Position numbers and translations under genes: made by a program. A stretch of 64,000 nucleotides of DNA from Macrostomum lignano (Eukaryota). The stretch is taken from positions 1-64,000 of the forward strand of contig NIVC01003512.1 in assembly GCA_002269645.1 (NCBI GenBank), written 5' to 3'. The notes under the pieces were generated by a model, which saw nothing but the letters and a program-made list of their open reading frames with translations, did no database searches and was not told where the DNA came from. Shown in pieces: positions 1 through 14,555 of this stretch (position 1 is the stretch's first letter; each line of letters begins with the position of its first letter).

Positions 1-707
1 GGAAGAGCAGCTGGCAGTCGGGCGCAGGAGGCTGCGCACTGCATCCGGCTCTGCGCCTTGACGTCCCAGCCCAGGGAGCCGGCGAATTGGCAGTGGTGAC
101 CAGCGGAGGCAGAGCCTTGCTAAATTCACGGCCATGGAAGTCTGCCAACAAATACATAACCAGTTTTTTCAAAATCAGTACAAGGTTGTACTTTTACTTT
201 TGCATCGAAAATTTTTAGTCGCTGCCACTTAATCTTTTTGGGAATTTTTTGGGAAAAAGGATAAAAAATACTGGAATTTCCTCTCACTTGATGGGTACAC
301 ATTCTCGTAGATTGCAGTTCCTGTACGCTCCACCGCACATCTGCTTAACGTTCCGAGCAGTGCTGGTTACACTCAGTCTCTGGCGCGCGGACCCAGGAGG
401 CCGTAGCTGGAGTCGCACGAGCAGGTGGCATAATTCTGTAAGCGCGGCGAACCGGAAGCCGCCGTAGCTCCAAATTCTTGCTGCACAACTGTCATGTCGG
501 ACCTGGACAGAATTCCTTCTGGTGATGTAGGTGACGCTGAATGGCCGATGGGCGATGCCAACGAGGCCCTAGCATGTCTCTGTTTGGCGGAGCTTTTGTC
601 TCTGAAGCCAGCCCGCGTAGACCGGAGTGACTTTGCGCTGGCACAGCGACTTGGAGACCAGCAGAGCCACCACTACAGCAGCCGTTGCTGCAGAGAGTCT
701 GACGCAT
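1..707 (-). pseudogene. Frameshifted paralogue of the WSC+PAN/Apple gene at 7057-8102 (pseudogene or uncorrected indel errors); runs off the window edge
   Basis: Switching between minus frames recovers segments colinear with the intact copy: signal-like VRLSAATAAVVVALLVSKSLCQR, PPNRDMLG, LVGI, EGILSRSDMTV, GGFRFAAL, CSCDSSYGLLG, ECNQHC, QMCGG, YENVY. Intron (donor GTGAGA 287, acceptor GGCAG 142) sits near the same position as in the paralogue. Exon 2 gives PAN-like QSRMQCAASCAR. Roughly 8 or more single-base indels are needed. Confidence 0.75.
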
Positions 708-1719
708 GGAATGCGGTTGTTGTCACTTGCGCCCGTAAAATTTCAGTCACTATCGCTTCTAGATTGCTTCTAGATTTCTCATTTTGATAAAGGCAGCACT
801 TCATAGTTCGTTTTATACTTTTTTCCTGGCTTCTTTCGATTGTTAAGAATAATAGACGGCAGCGGTGTGTTGTAGCCAGCAGTCAATAGAATCCGTGTTT
901 TAAACTAGTGTGTTCACGAGTAACTTTATTGATGATAGAATCGAATTCCAATGCTGCTGATAGACAGCTAGAAACATGCCATGAGAATTATCTGCAGTCT
1001 GGTATCATTTGTATCTTTCCCAAGGTATTCAGTGACAGAACAGGCAAAAAATTCCACCCTAGAGGTTTCAAATTTCTCCATTTTCAGTAGATTTCGTGAA
1101 ACAATACGTTGAAAAGTGCCATTTCAGCAAGTTCGTCTATCCTTCGAAAAAAATTGTCCCCTCCATCCTTCAGTCTGCCGCGACCGATTCTGATTTATTG
1201 CATTGCATGCCTGCTCGAGAGTATTTCATGCACAGTTTGGTTAATTTCAAAGTGATTCCCTGAATAGTATCTGGTTAAAAATCTTGTCGATAAAATTTAG
1301 TCATACGAGTAACAAGCAATTTAATTTTTGATAAAAAATCTCATTTAGGGAAGCAACCGTTGAATTCATGGAGATTGGTGTCTTACCACACACTAAACAG
1401 TAGAAAAATAGCTAAGCCAAATAGCTAACTTCATATGAAGTTAGCATACCTGTCTTCGCTGAAAATAAGGTGAGAGTCTCAAAGTCAGACTCGAAACATT
1501 ACTGAGAAACTACTACTAATATTTTAAAGTAGTCATCGTTTAGAACAGCAGTTCGCAGCACAAAAGTCAAGAAACGTAACAAACAGGAACGGCACCAGCG
1601 TATCTAAGGATGTCTAGAAGGAGCCACAGAGGTATAGGATCCGTCGGTTTTTGTGCGAGGTACATCGTCATGTTAGCGTAAATCAGCTAATGGGAGTACC
1701 TGACGGGAGTACGGCTTTT

Positions 1720-1915
1720 CAAGGTGGGTGGACATCCAGTCTATGTCGCCGATGAAGGCACCCACTGTTATTAATGCCCTTCGCAGAACCTTCGAATACA
1801 TTGGATTACGAGAAATCTACGAGTAGTTTTAGACAAAGATGGCACTTTTTTCTGAAGAGTTCAAACATTGATTATACGCTTACTTCAGGAAACCATCAGT
1901 TCAATGGTTCATCAG
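1720..1915 (+). mobile_element. Degenerate Ty3/Gypsy-type integrase core remnant
   Basis: Translation SRWVDIQSMSPMKAPTVINALRRTFEYIGL, then SEEFKH and TSGNHQFNG, resembling the rve motifs SRWxE..T...I..LR.IF...GL and T.YHPQSNG; contains stops. Confidence 0.5.
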
Positions 1916-2461
1916 TTCAACCCAAGTTCTACTTATAAACAGCATCAAAACTATCCTTTGATTCTGCTACAAAATACCCTTTTAAGTTATTTATAAGCTC
2001 AAAACTTTTGCCGTCAATGTAGGTTCAGTGTTCTTGTTCTATTCGTATATACATTTATATCTAGCTCAGACGGCTAGCAACAAAGACAAAGACAAAAGAA
2101 GTAGAGATACTGTACACTACAAGTACTGTAAGTACTCTCAGTTACATTACAATTTAAGTTTCAGCTTTCTTAACAGACTATTTCCAGCATCTAAGTAGTG
2201 CAAAACGAAAAATTCCTACTCGTATGCTTTTCTCAACAGAAAACTGTAAAGTACATTTCGTGTCCCCAACAAAAGAAAAAACGGACTGGATTCTAACAGA
2301 ACAAACTTATCATTTTTCAAGGGTGCCGAGGTGAGACTGGGCCAGCTTCTTTCGAACACCCCGACCGGATGCTTTTCATTACATCCCATAGTCTCTGTAA
2401 GTTTTCATATCAAATACTTTTTAATGCCATGCACGGCTGCCTGAAATGTGGGAAGACAGAA

Positions 2462-4375
<1,914 letters not shown>

Positions 4376-7056
4376 GGGAGAGGCAAATTTAGAGAGAACA
4401 GAGAAAACATAATTGATATTGATGGAAGCTGCCATTCAGGCACTCGAGTGCAGTCATTCGAGCAAATTTTAATGGATTTTGCGATTTTAATTTAATCAAA
4501 AAACTTCACTGCTGTCTAATCTTGACTTTTTATTCATTGAAGATAAATTCTGCAGCTGCTGTTTGCTGACTGCCAGCTTCACATGCAGCAATAAAACAAG
4601 TGATGATAAAAATTGAATTAAAAATCTGTCATCGCAGTCCCATTGTTAACCCGGCCTGGATTTCATTTCCCAATCTCAGTCAGGCATTCAGGCGCTGCCA
4701 AGTGAAGTGCATTGAGCGAGATGAGGATGCCAGATATTGGGTGTCGCTGACTGTGCTCAAGGTTCTGCACCGCCTGCTGATTTACGACGCGACTTCGACG
4801 ACGAGCCTACAATATCGACGCTCTAGCTCTCCAAAGATCTGCATTAAAAAACTGGCGCTACCGGAGAGATTGAGAATGGATCGAGGGACTCGACGTCATC
4901 ACGCCGATCAAGGTGGCCAACTGGGAGATCTGGACCCAGCGCTTTGCCACCCGTATTGATTTTTTGTCAAGCGTCAGTCAGCATTAACTGTGCTGGGTAA
5001 CTGCGTCTTCGGCGGCTGCGTGTGATGATGTGATAGCGGGCGTGGTCGCGCACTGACGGTGGTAGAGAAGAACTGAGAGTTATGCTATGGCTCTTTATAA
5101 ATATATTTTCCCGAAGGATAACTTTCTTTTCAAGAGTTTTTTATTTTGACGCAAAAATCACAATACAGAAAGAATTTGCATGTATTCGACATGCAGAAGC
5201 ATCTGAAAAGCATGTGAATTAAAACAAAGTGACTTTGAAACCCTAAATTTGGAAGTTACTGTTGATTTTGAGAACAGGATAGGAAATGCTCTGAAATGAT
5301 AGACTGAAGCTGTTCTGCTTTTGCTTTTAGGATGGCCTGCATGGGATAGCTCGGCTCCATGACCATTCCGCTGCTACATGTGACTGTGACCCTTTTTAAA
5401 GCGGATTCACTTACGTTCACTTGAGTTCACTAAGTAATGGAGAAATGGAGATGGAGTAACGAGGCATAGCGACAAGGTTAACAATAAACTGAAGGATTAG
5501 CACTATTACCTGATGACCCATGGGTTAAACCCATGGGCCTCTTATAGATATATTTTAGCAGAGCTACAATACTTTAAGTGAATGGGGTGACCAGTCTCTT
5601 TCGGGAGGCTGGGAAATTTATGAGTCTGCCCTTAGTCTTTGACGGAATTATATTTTCCATAACATAAGCAGAGCTTACCATTAGCCTCAGAAAAGCAATA
5701 AGTTTTGCATGTGGCCATAGATTAAAAAACAGGGAAAAGTGTTGTGCATAGGACAAGATATCAGGTACTTGTAGCTATTCATTGTCTACTCTTATATAAA
5801 AGAAAGGCTTTTGGGACTAACGAAAATGCCTCATCAATTGTGTCGCGATGAATAGCCCGGGTGCAAAGCTGCCGAAAAAAGAGTTAAAAGACACGCATGG
5901 TGGGAAGGACCATTAGTAGTGTTAAAGTGTTAGTAGTCCTTTTCATGGTGAAGCCTGATCACTGTACACTCGTATGTGATTAAGTTGTGGAGCACTAGAA
6001 TCGGGAATGCAGGAGCTACCGTATCACGTCTGACTTTTTTTACCATACTGAATTTCAAAGCAATTTCCGCACCTGCATCACGAACACAAATAGAATTGCT
6101 GTAATTTTTTTCGTCTGGACTACGAACTCAAGTAAAAATATGAGAATACATTTTTTACAAACTGATGCATAATTTTGTATGCAAAACTAGCTTTGTAGTT
6201 TGTAACCAAGCTTTGGGAATGCAAGTTTGCAATGAGTAGAATTACTAAGAGGATTAGGATCATTAAAAAATTTTCACTCATTGAAGACAACTCGTCTAAG
6301 TGTTTCTATTGTCTAATTGTTTCGGTTGAAGAGGAGTACTTGTTGCTTGCCTACATGTCTATCCATGCTTTGTTGTGGATTCGTCAGTAAACAGCATATG
6401 CTGAATTGAAATTTTAATCGGGCTATGTCAGCCCTAAAGGTGCTCTCATATATCTTCGAAATTTCATATCTCCGACAGCATATTTTTCATATTTCCGACA
6501 CTTCATATCTCTGTTAAGGTTATTTGGTTTGAGATAGTTTTAAGCTTGTCAAAGACAAGTCATGAAGTGAATTTAAAATTTTTCGTAGATACGGAACCAC
6601 CTGTCTGTCCAGTGCGCAGATTAAGTCGTACAGATCGATCGGGAAGTGTTTTAAAAAAAATTTTAATGTTACAGCCAAGCAATTTTCCGGATAATATTTT
6701 CGATTTTTTAGCTTCAACAAAGAAGTGGCGAAGAAGAAGTCTCGTTCTATTTTTATTTGCTCATTACGAGTATTAGTGAGTTCGTCATTCAGAAACTTGC
6801 TGATGTGATGCGATCGTATTGCATGTAGTAATTGGGATAAACATTGGCTCAAAAAATCCTTAGAAGCTTAGGACGACAATCTTTGTCAAACATCAAACTT
6901 GCATCAAACTGCGACTGCCATGTCCGACAGCGCTGACAATTTTAGCTCTAAGGCCAAGGTAATCAGATATAATAATCTGATTATATCTGATCAGTGAATC
7001 TGATTCACTTTCACCGTCTGTCAAATATCGTGAAGCGCCGTTTATTTAGGTGTTGT

Positions 7057-8102
7057 TTAGACAAAGCAGCTCTCGAGACTGGCCTTAGTTGGCGATCCAG
7101 ACGCTGCTGAAGTTTCCACTCGCCGGGATGGCGGTGAACGGCTGACCCGGCACAGCCTTCCGCTGCTGTTGAACCGGTAGGCCAGGCAGTCCCACTGAGC
7201 AGCCAGACGGCAGATGGTCGCGCACTGGATCAGATCAATAGCCGGCAGGCTCAGTTCGGCTGCTCCTTTGAAGTTGGCATCGAGAACTAGCAGCGGGACG
7301 GTGGCGGCGGCGACTCGGCGAAACCGGCGGCAGTCGCTGAGCTGCAAGCTATCTATAGGGTTTTGGATAGCAAATTTCACTGTTGATTTGCATTGGTCCC
7401 TGATGAACGATTAAAGTCAAGTTCGGTTTCCTTGACTTTACATTCAAATGAATGCTGGGTGCAAACCAGATGACTTAATTAACATTTCTTTCCTAAACCG
7501 GAACGGAATCTGATGGTTGCGGACTCAGTCTAACATAAAATTCGAGCTCTAATTTACAACTATTTGCCTATTTTGACTGTGTTGTAGAATAGGAAATTAA
7601 GATTTATCATAGAACAGTTGTGCAGAAACTTCAACTGAACAAGAACTATGGTTCCCTGATTCGCAACTGCCCATTGGACTGTACCTGAGTACACGTTCTC
7701 ATAAACGGAGTTGCGGAATTGGCCACCACAGGTTTGAGACACATTGCCCATGCAGGCCATGTTGCACTCCAGCTCGCTTACTTTGCCAAGCGAACCGAAC
7801 TGCCAGTCGCAGCTGCACTCCTTGCTGTATTGGAGGGCAAAGTACCGGAAACCGCTGATGTCGCAGACCCGGCTGCACAGCTCCACCGTCAGAGACGGGC
7901 TGGACAGAATTCCCTTCTCCGTGTGATTGACGCCGAATTGACCAAGTCTGGAAATTCCAACCAGACCTACGATGTCTCTATTTGGCATGGCCGCATCCGC
8001 GTAGCAACCAACATAGCTGACTGCGGCTACAGTTCGCTGGGCCAGCGACGGAGCGACTAGCAGAGCTGCAGCAAACACGACAAGTTGCAGGCGAATCGCC
8101 AT
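7057..8102 (-). CDS. Secreted WSC domain + PAN/Apple domain protein, 237 aa; exons 8102-7685 and 7352-7057
   Basis: Signal peptide MAIRLQLVVFAAALLVAPSLA; WSC pattern YVGCY...LTVELCSRVC...FALQYSKECSC...ECNMACMGNVSQTCGG...SVY; phase-1 intron (CAG|GTACAG...CTATAG|AT) joins in frame to PAN-like LIQCATICR..CLAYRFNSSGRLC. Confidence 0.88.
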
Positions 8103-9221
8103 CTTGGACTGTTTTGGAAAATCCTGCAGCAGTTGCGTCTGAGCAAAGACATAATAGAAAAATTGAAAGCTGCTTAACAAGCCGGCAGGATTAACTCATC
8201 AGAAGGCAACTGGTCCACCGTCTCTCTTGCTTTGGATTGGAGGAAGGAAAATACTTGTAAAAACTGGCTGCCGTTGTTCCCAGCCTTCAAAAACTGACTG
8301 CAATGATTTCTGTTTGAGAGCACATGGAGAGTGCAATATAAATAGAAGATCATGGTTGAAACCTACCTACATTCAGCTTACTTTGCAGCGTTAGAAGAAA
8401 AAATACATGAATTTTGCGTTGTGTCTACAAACATCCAATTTTTAGACCGGGTTCAGCATTTGGCCTTTTTGTTTCACCGATCCGCCGTTCAGCATTCATG
8501 AGCCAGAATGTAAGGAAGCCATTATGGGTCTGTTCCATAGGCTCGCTCGGGAGCTATACGAGTAGAAAGAATGGGCTGCACGTAGAAGAGAGCGGATGCC
8601 AATCGGATAATAATAGTTGTAAACGTTTCGAATTTTGGCTGAAAGGAAAATCGACAACTATATTTCAGCAAAGCAAAAGTTCAACCAGAGAAAACCCGAG
8701 ACGCGGACTTTGCAGGATTCAAATGGCATGTCTAGTCGATAAAAACCCCGTTTGAGTCGAAGTAAAGCAAAGTCTTTAGGGGGGTTCTATTCGTGCAGTC
8801 CATGAGGTACTCAATTGATGGCTGCCTAAACTCCGACGCCATGAGGCTTTGGACGGGTGCCAAAACTAATTAGCCACTATAACTAACTCCGCAAGCATCG
8901 CGTACTTATCATCTGCAATAAGTTCCGTTTGAGAGCGATAACGTTTAAGTCTAATTTATGTCAGCTTCACGCCAAAAGGGATGGAACAAGGGAAACATAT
9001 ATGTTAAATATCGAGATTCAAAAAAACTAATTCCCGGTTCAGATTAGCATTCCCGGTTGCCTGCACAGAGACTCTGAGTAATTTAGGCTTTTACGCTACA
9101 AGGATTTCAAACTATGCAGTGCCCTCTGTTGCCTGTAAACTCTGTCTTCTATCTAACTACAGCTCGATCGCCTGAACCGAAAAATCTTATTTAAACTTCA
9201 GAGCCTTTGATTGGGAGGTAG

Positions 9222-9615
9222 CAGAGCAGCTCAGCGGGAAGCGCGTCGGACTCTTGCGTCACGACACCCTGGTTCGCCTTGCGTCACGACACCTGGTTCG
9301 TTTTGCGTCACGACACCTGGTTCGTCTTGCGTCACGACCCCCTGGTTCGCCTTGCGTCACGACCCCTGGTTTGTCTTGCGTCACGACCCCTGGTTTCGTC
9401 TTGCGTCACGACCCCTGGTTCGTCTTGCGTCACGACCCCTGGTTCGAATCCGTGCGCAAACACATTCATTTGGGGCTTGTGTAAATGCACATAGATTGGC
9501 ACACCCATGGGACAACCCCTCAATGCAGAGAGTGTACATTTCTGACGATTAGACAGTCAGGACCGCAGTACACCCTGTGTGAGCGTGTGTACGAGTGCGT
9601 GCCTGCATACAGTAT
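9222..9615 (+). mobile_element. tRNA-derived SINE (family B) with internal 8x 24-25 bp tandem amplification
   Basis: A-box-like CAGCTCAGCGG 9227-9237 and B-box GGTTCGAATCC 9441-9451; 3' body aligns by eye with 26075-26215 and 32905-33130. Confidence 0.65.
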
Positions 9616-11398
9616 CGGTGCGCTTGTATGTCCCCAGGAGTCAGCGAAATGGGCAGAATTGCAAATATGCATAAGCATTGAATGCACTATATAATACACA
9701 CAGCGCCTTTCATTGGCAGAATATTTTATGCTGCTAATGTCAGTAATATCGATACCAGCTCAGAAATGCTACAACTCCAAGTTTGAGATCTTCGTCCTAA
9801 TGGCGCCACCCAGCTAATAAAAGCCGTAGAGTATTGGGCTCGAAATAATTAAATTGTCATAAAGCTGAACAAAATTATGGTTTATTGGATTCAAAATGAT
9901 CAGATCACCGCAAATAGAAGTGTTTTTATGTCAAAATATCAAAACACACGAATTCTATTGTATTTTTCTCATTAATAATATGACTGTAATTTTTGTACAA
10001 GCAAGCGTGGGTTTGCGAGAAAGAAAATCGAGTAAAATAGCAACTCTAACCGGACTCGAAGAAATTTGGAAAAATGTTATGAAATATACAGCTAGCTAAA
10101 TATCATTTATGAGAAATGCGAAAAATGAACGAAAAAATGAAGCATTGTTACATCACAATTGTATATTGTCAGCCCTACTTTGCGAGCAGGAATAGGAGTT
10201 TCCGAGGGAGCTCGAGGCTTCCCAGTTCTGCCCAACAAGGAGTCATAATATACCATTGATATTTATATTATATATTATATTATATACCATTCATACTAGT
10301 GTTATAGTTAGCTGAGACTGTCTATGGTAAAATCCCATTTACTCCAATGCATTCAGTCGGTTTCACGGCCCGCTGAAAACGTCTATGGCAAAGTCAGAAG
10401 AAAGCGGGGTCAAGGGGGCGCTGAGCACACCAGCACTCTATGCCAGCGAGTGTCGACCATAGACAGAAAATCTTCAGTCTCGCCAGTCTGATTTCCGTAT
10501 CTATGATTAAATTGAAAGCTTGCAGTACCAACTAGGCCGCAAAATGGAATACTAAGCATTATTAAGCAGCACTAAGCTTTACTTTTAAAATATACAAGTT
10601 GTAGAAAGATTAACTAGATACTTATATGCATACGATTTTTTTACTTATTGAAGTCGGCCATAGATTATTGCAGCGGGCGGGATGCCTTGCGTTTTACCGC
10701 GTTTCAGCACGCCTAGGCTAACTATAATTGTATTATTAGTAGGCTTTTTACCATAGATATTTTCCGCTGCTAGATGGGGTGCGGGCAAGAGCGTCCGTTA
10801 GGGGGTTGGGGGCGAAGCCCCACATTCTAACCATAGACAATCGGGCACGCCTAAAGACTCACTGACTTAAACTTTTAAATACTCAAAGCTTAAACAAATA
10901 GAAACAAAAATGGAGAAAAAATATGAGCTAGTATTTACACGCTTTACAGGATGAAGGTTAACTACTTAAAGTAGCCGAAAGAGAACATGAGTATAAAAAT
11001 AAAGATATATATATGCATATTTTTCGACCCGTAGAGTCTAATAATATTTAGACCCGTAGTTCTAGAGTGGTAGCACAAAATATAGCAGCGATGCGCATTC
11101 AGACTACTGCTGAAAAAAACGTTTTTTATTGTATAAGAATTATCAATGGCTGCAAGGTGTGGCAAATATTTTTTGGCTAATTGTGCCTGTCAGTTTCACA
11201 GTTATTGTTTTTGTACTGCAGGTATTAACACCAGCCGAAATAAGCAGGTATATCTATCATACTTGAGGCTGAAATTGCAGAATTGCAGACATAATTAGAA
11301 ATCCAAATAGTAACTGTTAAGCTCTTAAATACATATATCAGACTGACACCTTTAAAGCCTTTAAATGCACACCACTCACCAAATTTAAGGCGTCAGTC

Positions 11399-12579
11399 TC
11401 AAGCTTTCCTATCATCAGAGTCCCAGCCATTATCTTTAATCAGGTGCGCCAGCTCGATAATGTATTTTCCCTCTTTGTAGCGCTGCGAGCTCTCAAAGGC
11501 GCGCTCGTATTTCCAGCCTAGTACGGTTCGACAGCCGTGACAGTAAATGTCCGCCACGCTGTGCAAGCCAGTGAGCAGCAGCCGCTCCTCCGCTGGACCA
11601 ACAATCACGTTCACTACGCGATCGAATAGGTAGGCCCTGCCCTGGCTGCCCTGTGGGTCGGAGAGATTGGCTGCTCTGACTAAACAGTGTCTGAATTTAA
11701 TAGGCTAGCTCCTATACAAGGACTGTTGGAATGCTTAGTCAGGGAAGGAATTGAGGTGGCTGACTGGACTGGAGATGCGGGGAAGGGAAGGGAGTGGGGT
11801 GGCTGGCTGGACTGGAGATGCGGGGAAGGGAAGGGAGTGGGGTGGCTGGCTGGACTGGGGATGCAGGGAAGGGAAATGAGTGAGGCGGCTGGCTGGACTG
11901 GAGATGCGGGGAAGGGAAGGGAGTGGGGTGGCTGGCTGGACTGGAGATGCGGGGAAGGGAAGGGAGTGGGGTGGGTGGCTGGACTGGAGATGCAGGAAAG
12001 GGAAGGGAGTGAGGCGGCTTTCTGGACTGGAAATGCGGGAAGGGAAGGGAGTGAGGTGGCTGGCTGGACTGGAGATGCGGGGAAGGGAAGGGAGTGGGGT
12101 GGCTGGCTGAACTGGAGATACGGGGAGTGAGGTGGCTGGCTGAACTGGAGATGCGGGGAAGGGGAGTGGGGTGGCTGGCTGGACTGGAGATGCGGGGAAG
12201 GGGAGTGGGGTGGCTGGCTGGACTGGAGATGCGAGGAATGGAATGGAGTGGGGTGGCTAGCTGGACTGGAGATGCTGGGAAGGGAAGGGAGTGGGGTGGC
12301 TGGTTTGGATGGAAAGATTTCATGTACCAGTGTCCACAAGTAAGCAAGCCCAACCAGCCACTATGAAAGAGTTGCTAATAATTCAGCAAGCCTTACATGA
12401 AAACTCTTGCTAATTAGGTCAGCATGAGCAGCCAGGTGAGCTCGGCAGTGCATGCAGGCATAGGTGCGCTCGCAGTCGCCATTGGGTGACAACTGGTCAA
12501 CACCACTGACACTGCTGCAGACTCGACCATTGCCACTGTTATTGCCAATGTCAAGATAAACTTGAAATGTCCTGCCCAT
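11399..12579 (-). CDS. YPEL: Protein yippee-like, 144 aa; exons 12579-12397 and 11650-11399
   Basis: [24 protein letters not shown]|[15 protein letters not shown]...[42 protein letters not shown]; phase-0 intron GTAAGG...CCACAG. Confidence 0.95.
11755..12300. repeat. 43-bp purine-rich minisatellite in the YPEL intron
   Basis: Unit GGCTGGACTGGAGATGCGGGGAAGGGAAGGGAGTGGGGTGGCT; period 43 checked at 11766/11809. Confidence 0.92.
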
Positions 12580-14313
12580 TGACAGAGTGTATACAATATG
12601 CAGTCCAGAACAAGATGAGACTCAACTGATGAAACACTGGACTAAGTGCACACCTGGTCTTCCAGGTAGATATACACTAAAATGATAAAAAACCAATGAA
12701 ATTTTCTTCAATAGATGAACAATAGGCAACATTCAGTTAGTACATGCATAATATAGTGAATAAAATTCTTATTAAAACCTGCTTCAATAGGTTTTTGGTT
12801 AATAAAAAATTGAAGATATTTTTGACTATAGTGAAATTTAAACCCAACTATAATTATATTAATAATTGACAATTTTTGCTGCACTAGAATTGAGCAATCT
12901 AGACACACAAAATTCAAGAACACAGGCAAACTTTTTGCTGCATACCTTCTTCAACAAGCATCAAATTGCCAGCACTTGATCATTAAGACATTAAACCATT
13001 CTATTAGAAGGTCATATTGTTTTTTATAAATGCAAGAAAAAATATAAATAAATTATCAAAGGAATTCTCTATTTGGTATTTTTGTTTTTAAATAGCTGAT
13101 TTAATATTTGTTAGAGGCAAATTATTATATTGAATATTTGGCTTATTATACTAGCATCAAAAAAAAATTCTATAATTTATCTTTAATTTCTATTTTTTAT
13201 ATATTAATATTTAGCTATGACTATCCTATTCAGCAATTATTAGAATTAGAAGTATCAACTTCTATGCTTAAAATTTCTAAATATTTAACTCTATTATAAC
13301 AAAATCATGAAATCATAAATATATAACTATCATCCCTTTTACTCATAGTTATATTACTGTCTTTCTACATCAAGGTAGATCCAAGGGGCCATGGATCCTA
13401 CTTAGCTAGGGCCGAAACATTTGGGCCAAATATTTTTACATTATTATTATTTTTGACCTATTGTATGTATCACTATTAAAATTACTTAGTGATTTTAATA
13501 TAGATATAGATTGGTCCCTTTCCTTAATTTTTTGTCTCTAAATTTCCAAAACTAAAAGTCTAATTTTGTCTTGAAACAAGTGACAAGACGAACATATTAT
13601 TACTCAGACTACTTATACGATGCTGCAAAATCCGAACAACAATTTAGGGGCCGGAATAAAAATTCGAGTGATCGTGGCTTTCAAATTAGTGCTATTTTTG
13701 TTGCTGCTCTAACTTGATTAAAACACATGCTTTGAAGGTTAAAATCCAAATGAGTTTGAGTAGGCCTAATTGATTCAGAAGGAGTGAGAATTTAAATGCA
13801 AAGCACCACGCTGTCGTTGGCAAGACGTATATAGCATATCCAATAAAGAAGTATATATATAGAGTCCGTTGTTTTAGATCGATTGGAGATCTTGCGTAGC
13901 GGGCGAATACACCCCACTCACATTATTGTATCTCTGGAATTGCATTAGCTATTGATCCTTTTGATATGCACAAAATTATTGAGCGAATGCGTTTTAGCTA
14001 TAGCCAATGCGGGTTAGTCGACGCGGCCGGAATTTTGTAATAGGAATAAAAAAATAAGATCTTAATACATGTGCATGTATTTGCCAACAACCAAAGGAGG
14101 AATGGGCCAGTGCCCTGCTTGGGATCTTACGCGATCAAGAGTAACAACTGGAACGAGGGGCGATTTCAGACATACGAGCGTAGACATAAAACGATGCCCT
14201 GCCCTTCTAACTTGAATACCAATTTATGCACAACACGTCGAATTAAGTATGATCTTTCGTAGCTACTGTACCAGCTGGAACGAAAGTGCCAGCATTACAA
14301 GTATCTGTGACGC

Positions 14314-14555
14314 CAGTGGCGGATCTAGAGTTTCATTTTGGGGGGGGCGGTCCAAGTTTGGGGCGCCAACAAGAGTGTAAGGGGCGCCAATTTTTAAGCT
14401 AGGGGGCGCAAAAATGCGTGTAGAGGGCGAAAAATCAAGTTTAGGGGGCGCAAAGTTAGGTTTTTGGGGGGCGCAATATGTTCGGTCAAGCTATTTTTGG
14501 GGGGCGATAGCCCCCCGACCCCCCCCCCCCCCCCTCCCTCCTAAATCCGCCCCTG
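14314..14555. mobile_element. hAT-type MITE, 242 bp
   Basis: TIRs CAGTGGCGGATCTAG / CTAAATCCGCCCCTG; 8-bp TSD TGTGACGC (14306-14313) vs TGTGATGC (14556-14563), 7/8 match. Confidence 0.85.

Noticed and set aside
5510-5537. CTGATGA next to a perfect 21-bp palindrome CCCATGGGTTAAACCCATGGG
   Set aside because: No GAAA core, so not a hammerhead; an isolated palindrome with no supporting context
6350-6390. Minus-strand CTGACGA followed by an ATCCA/TGGAT stem
   Set aside because: The stem is followed by AGAC, not the required GAAA
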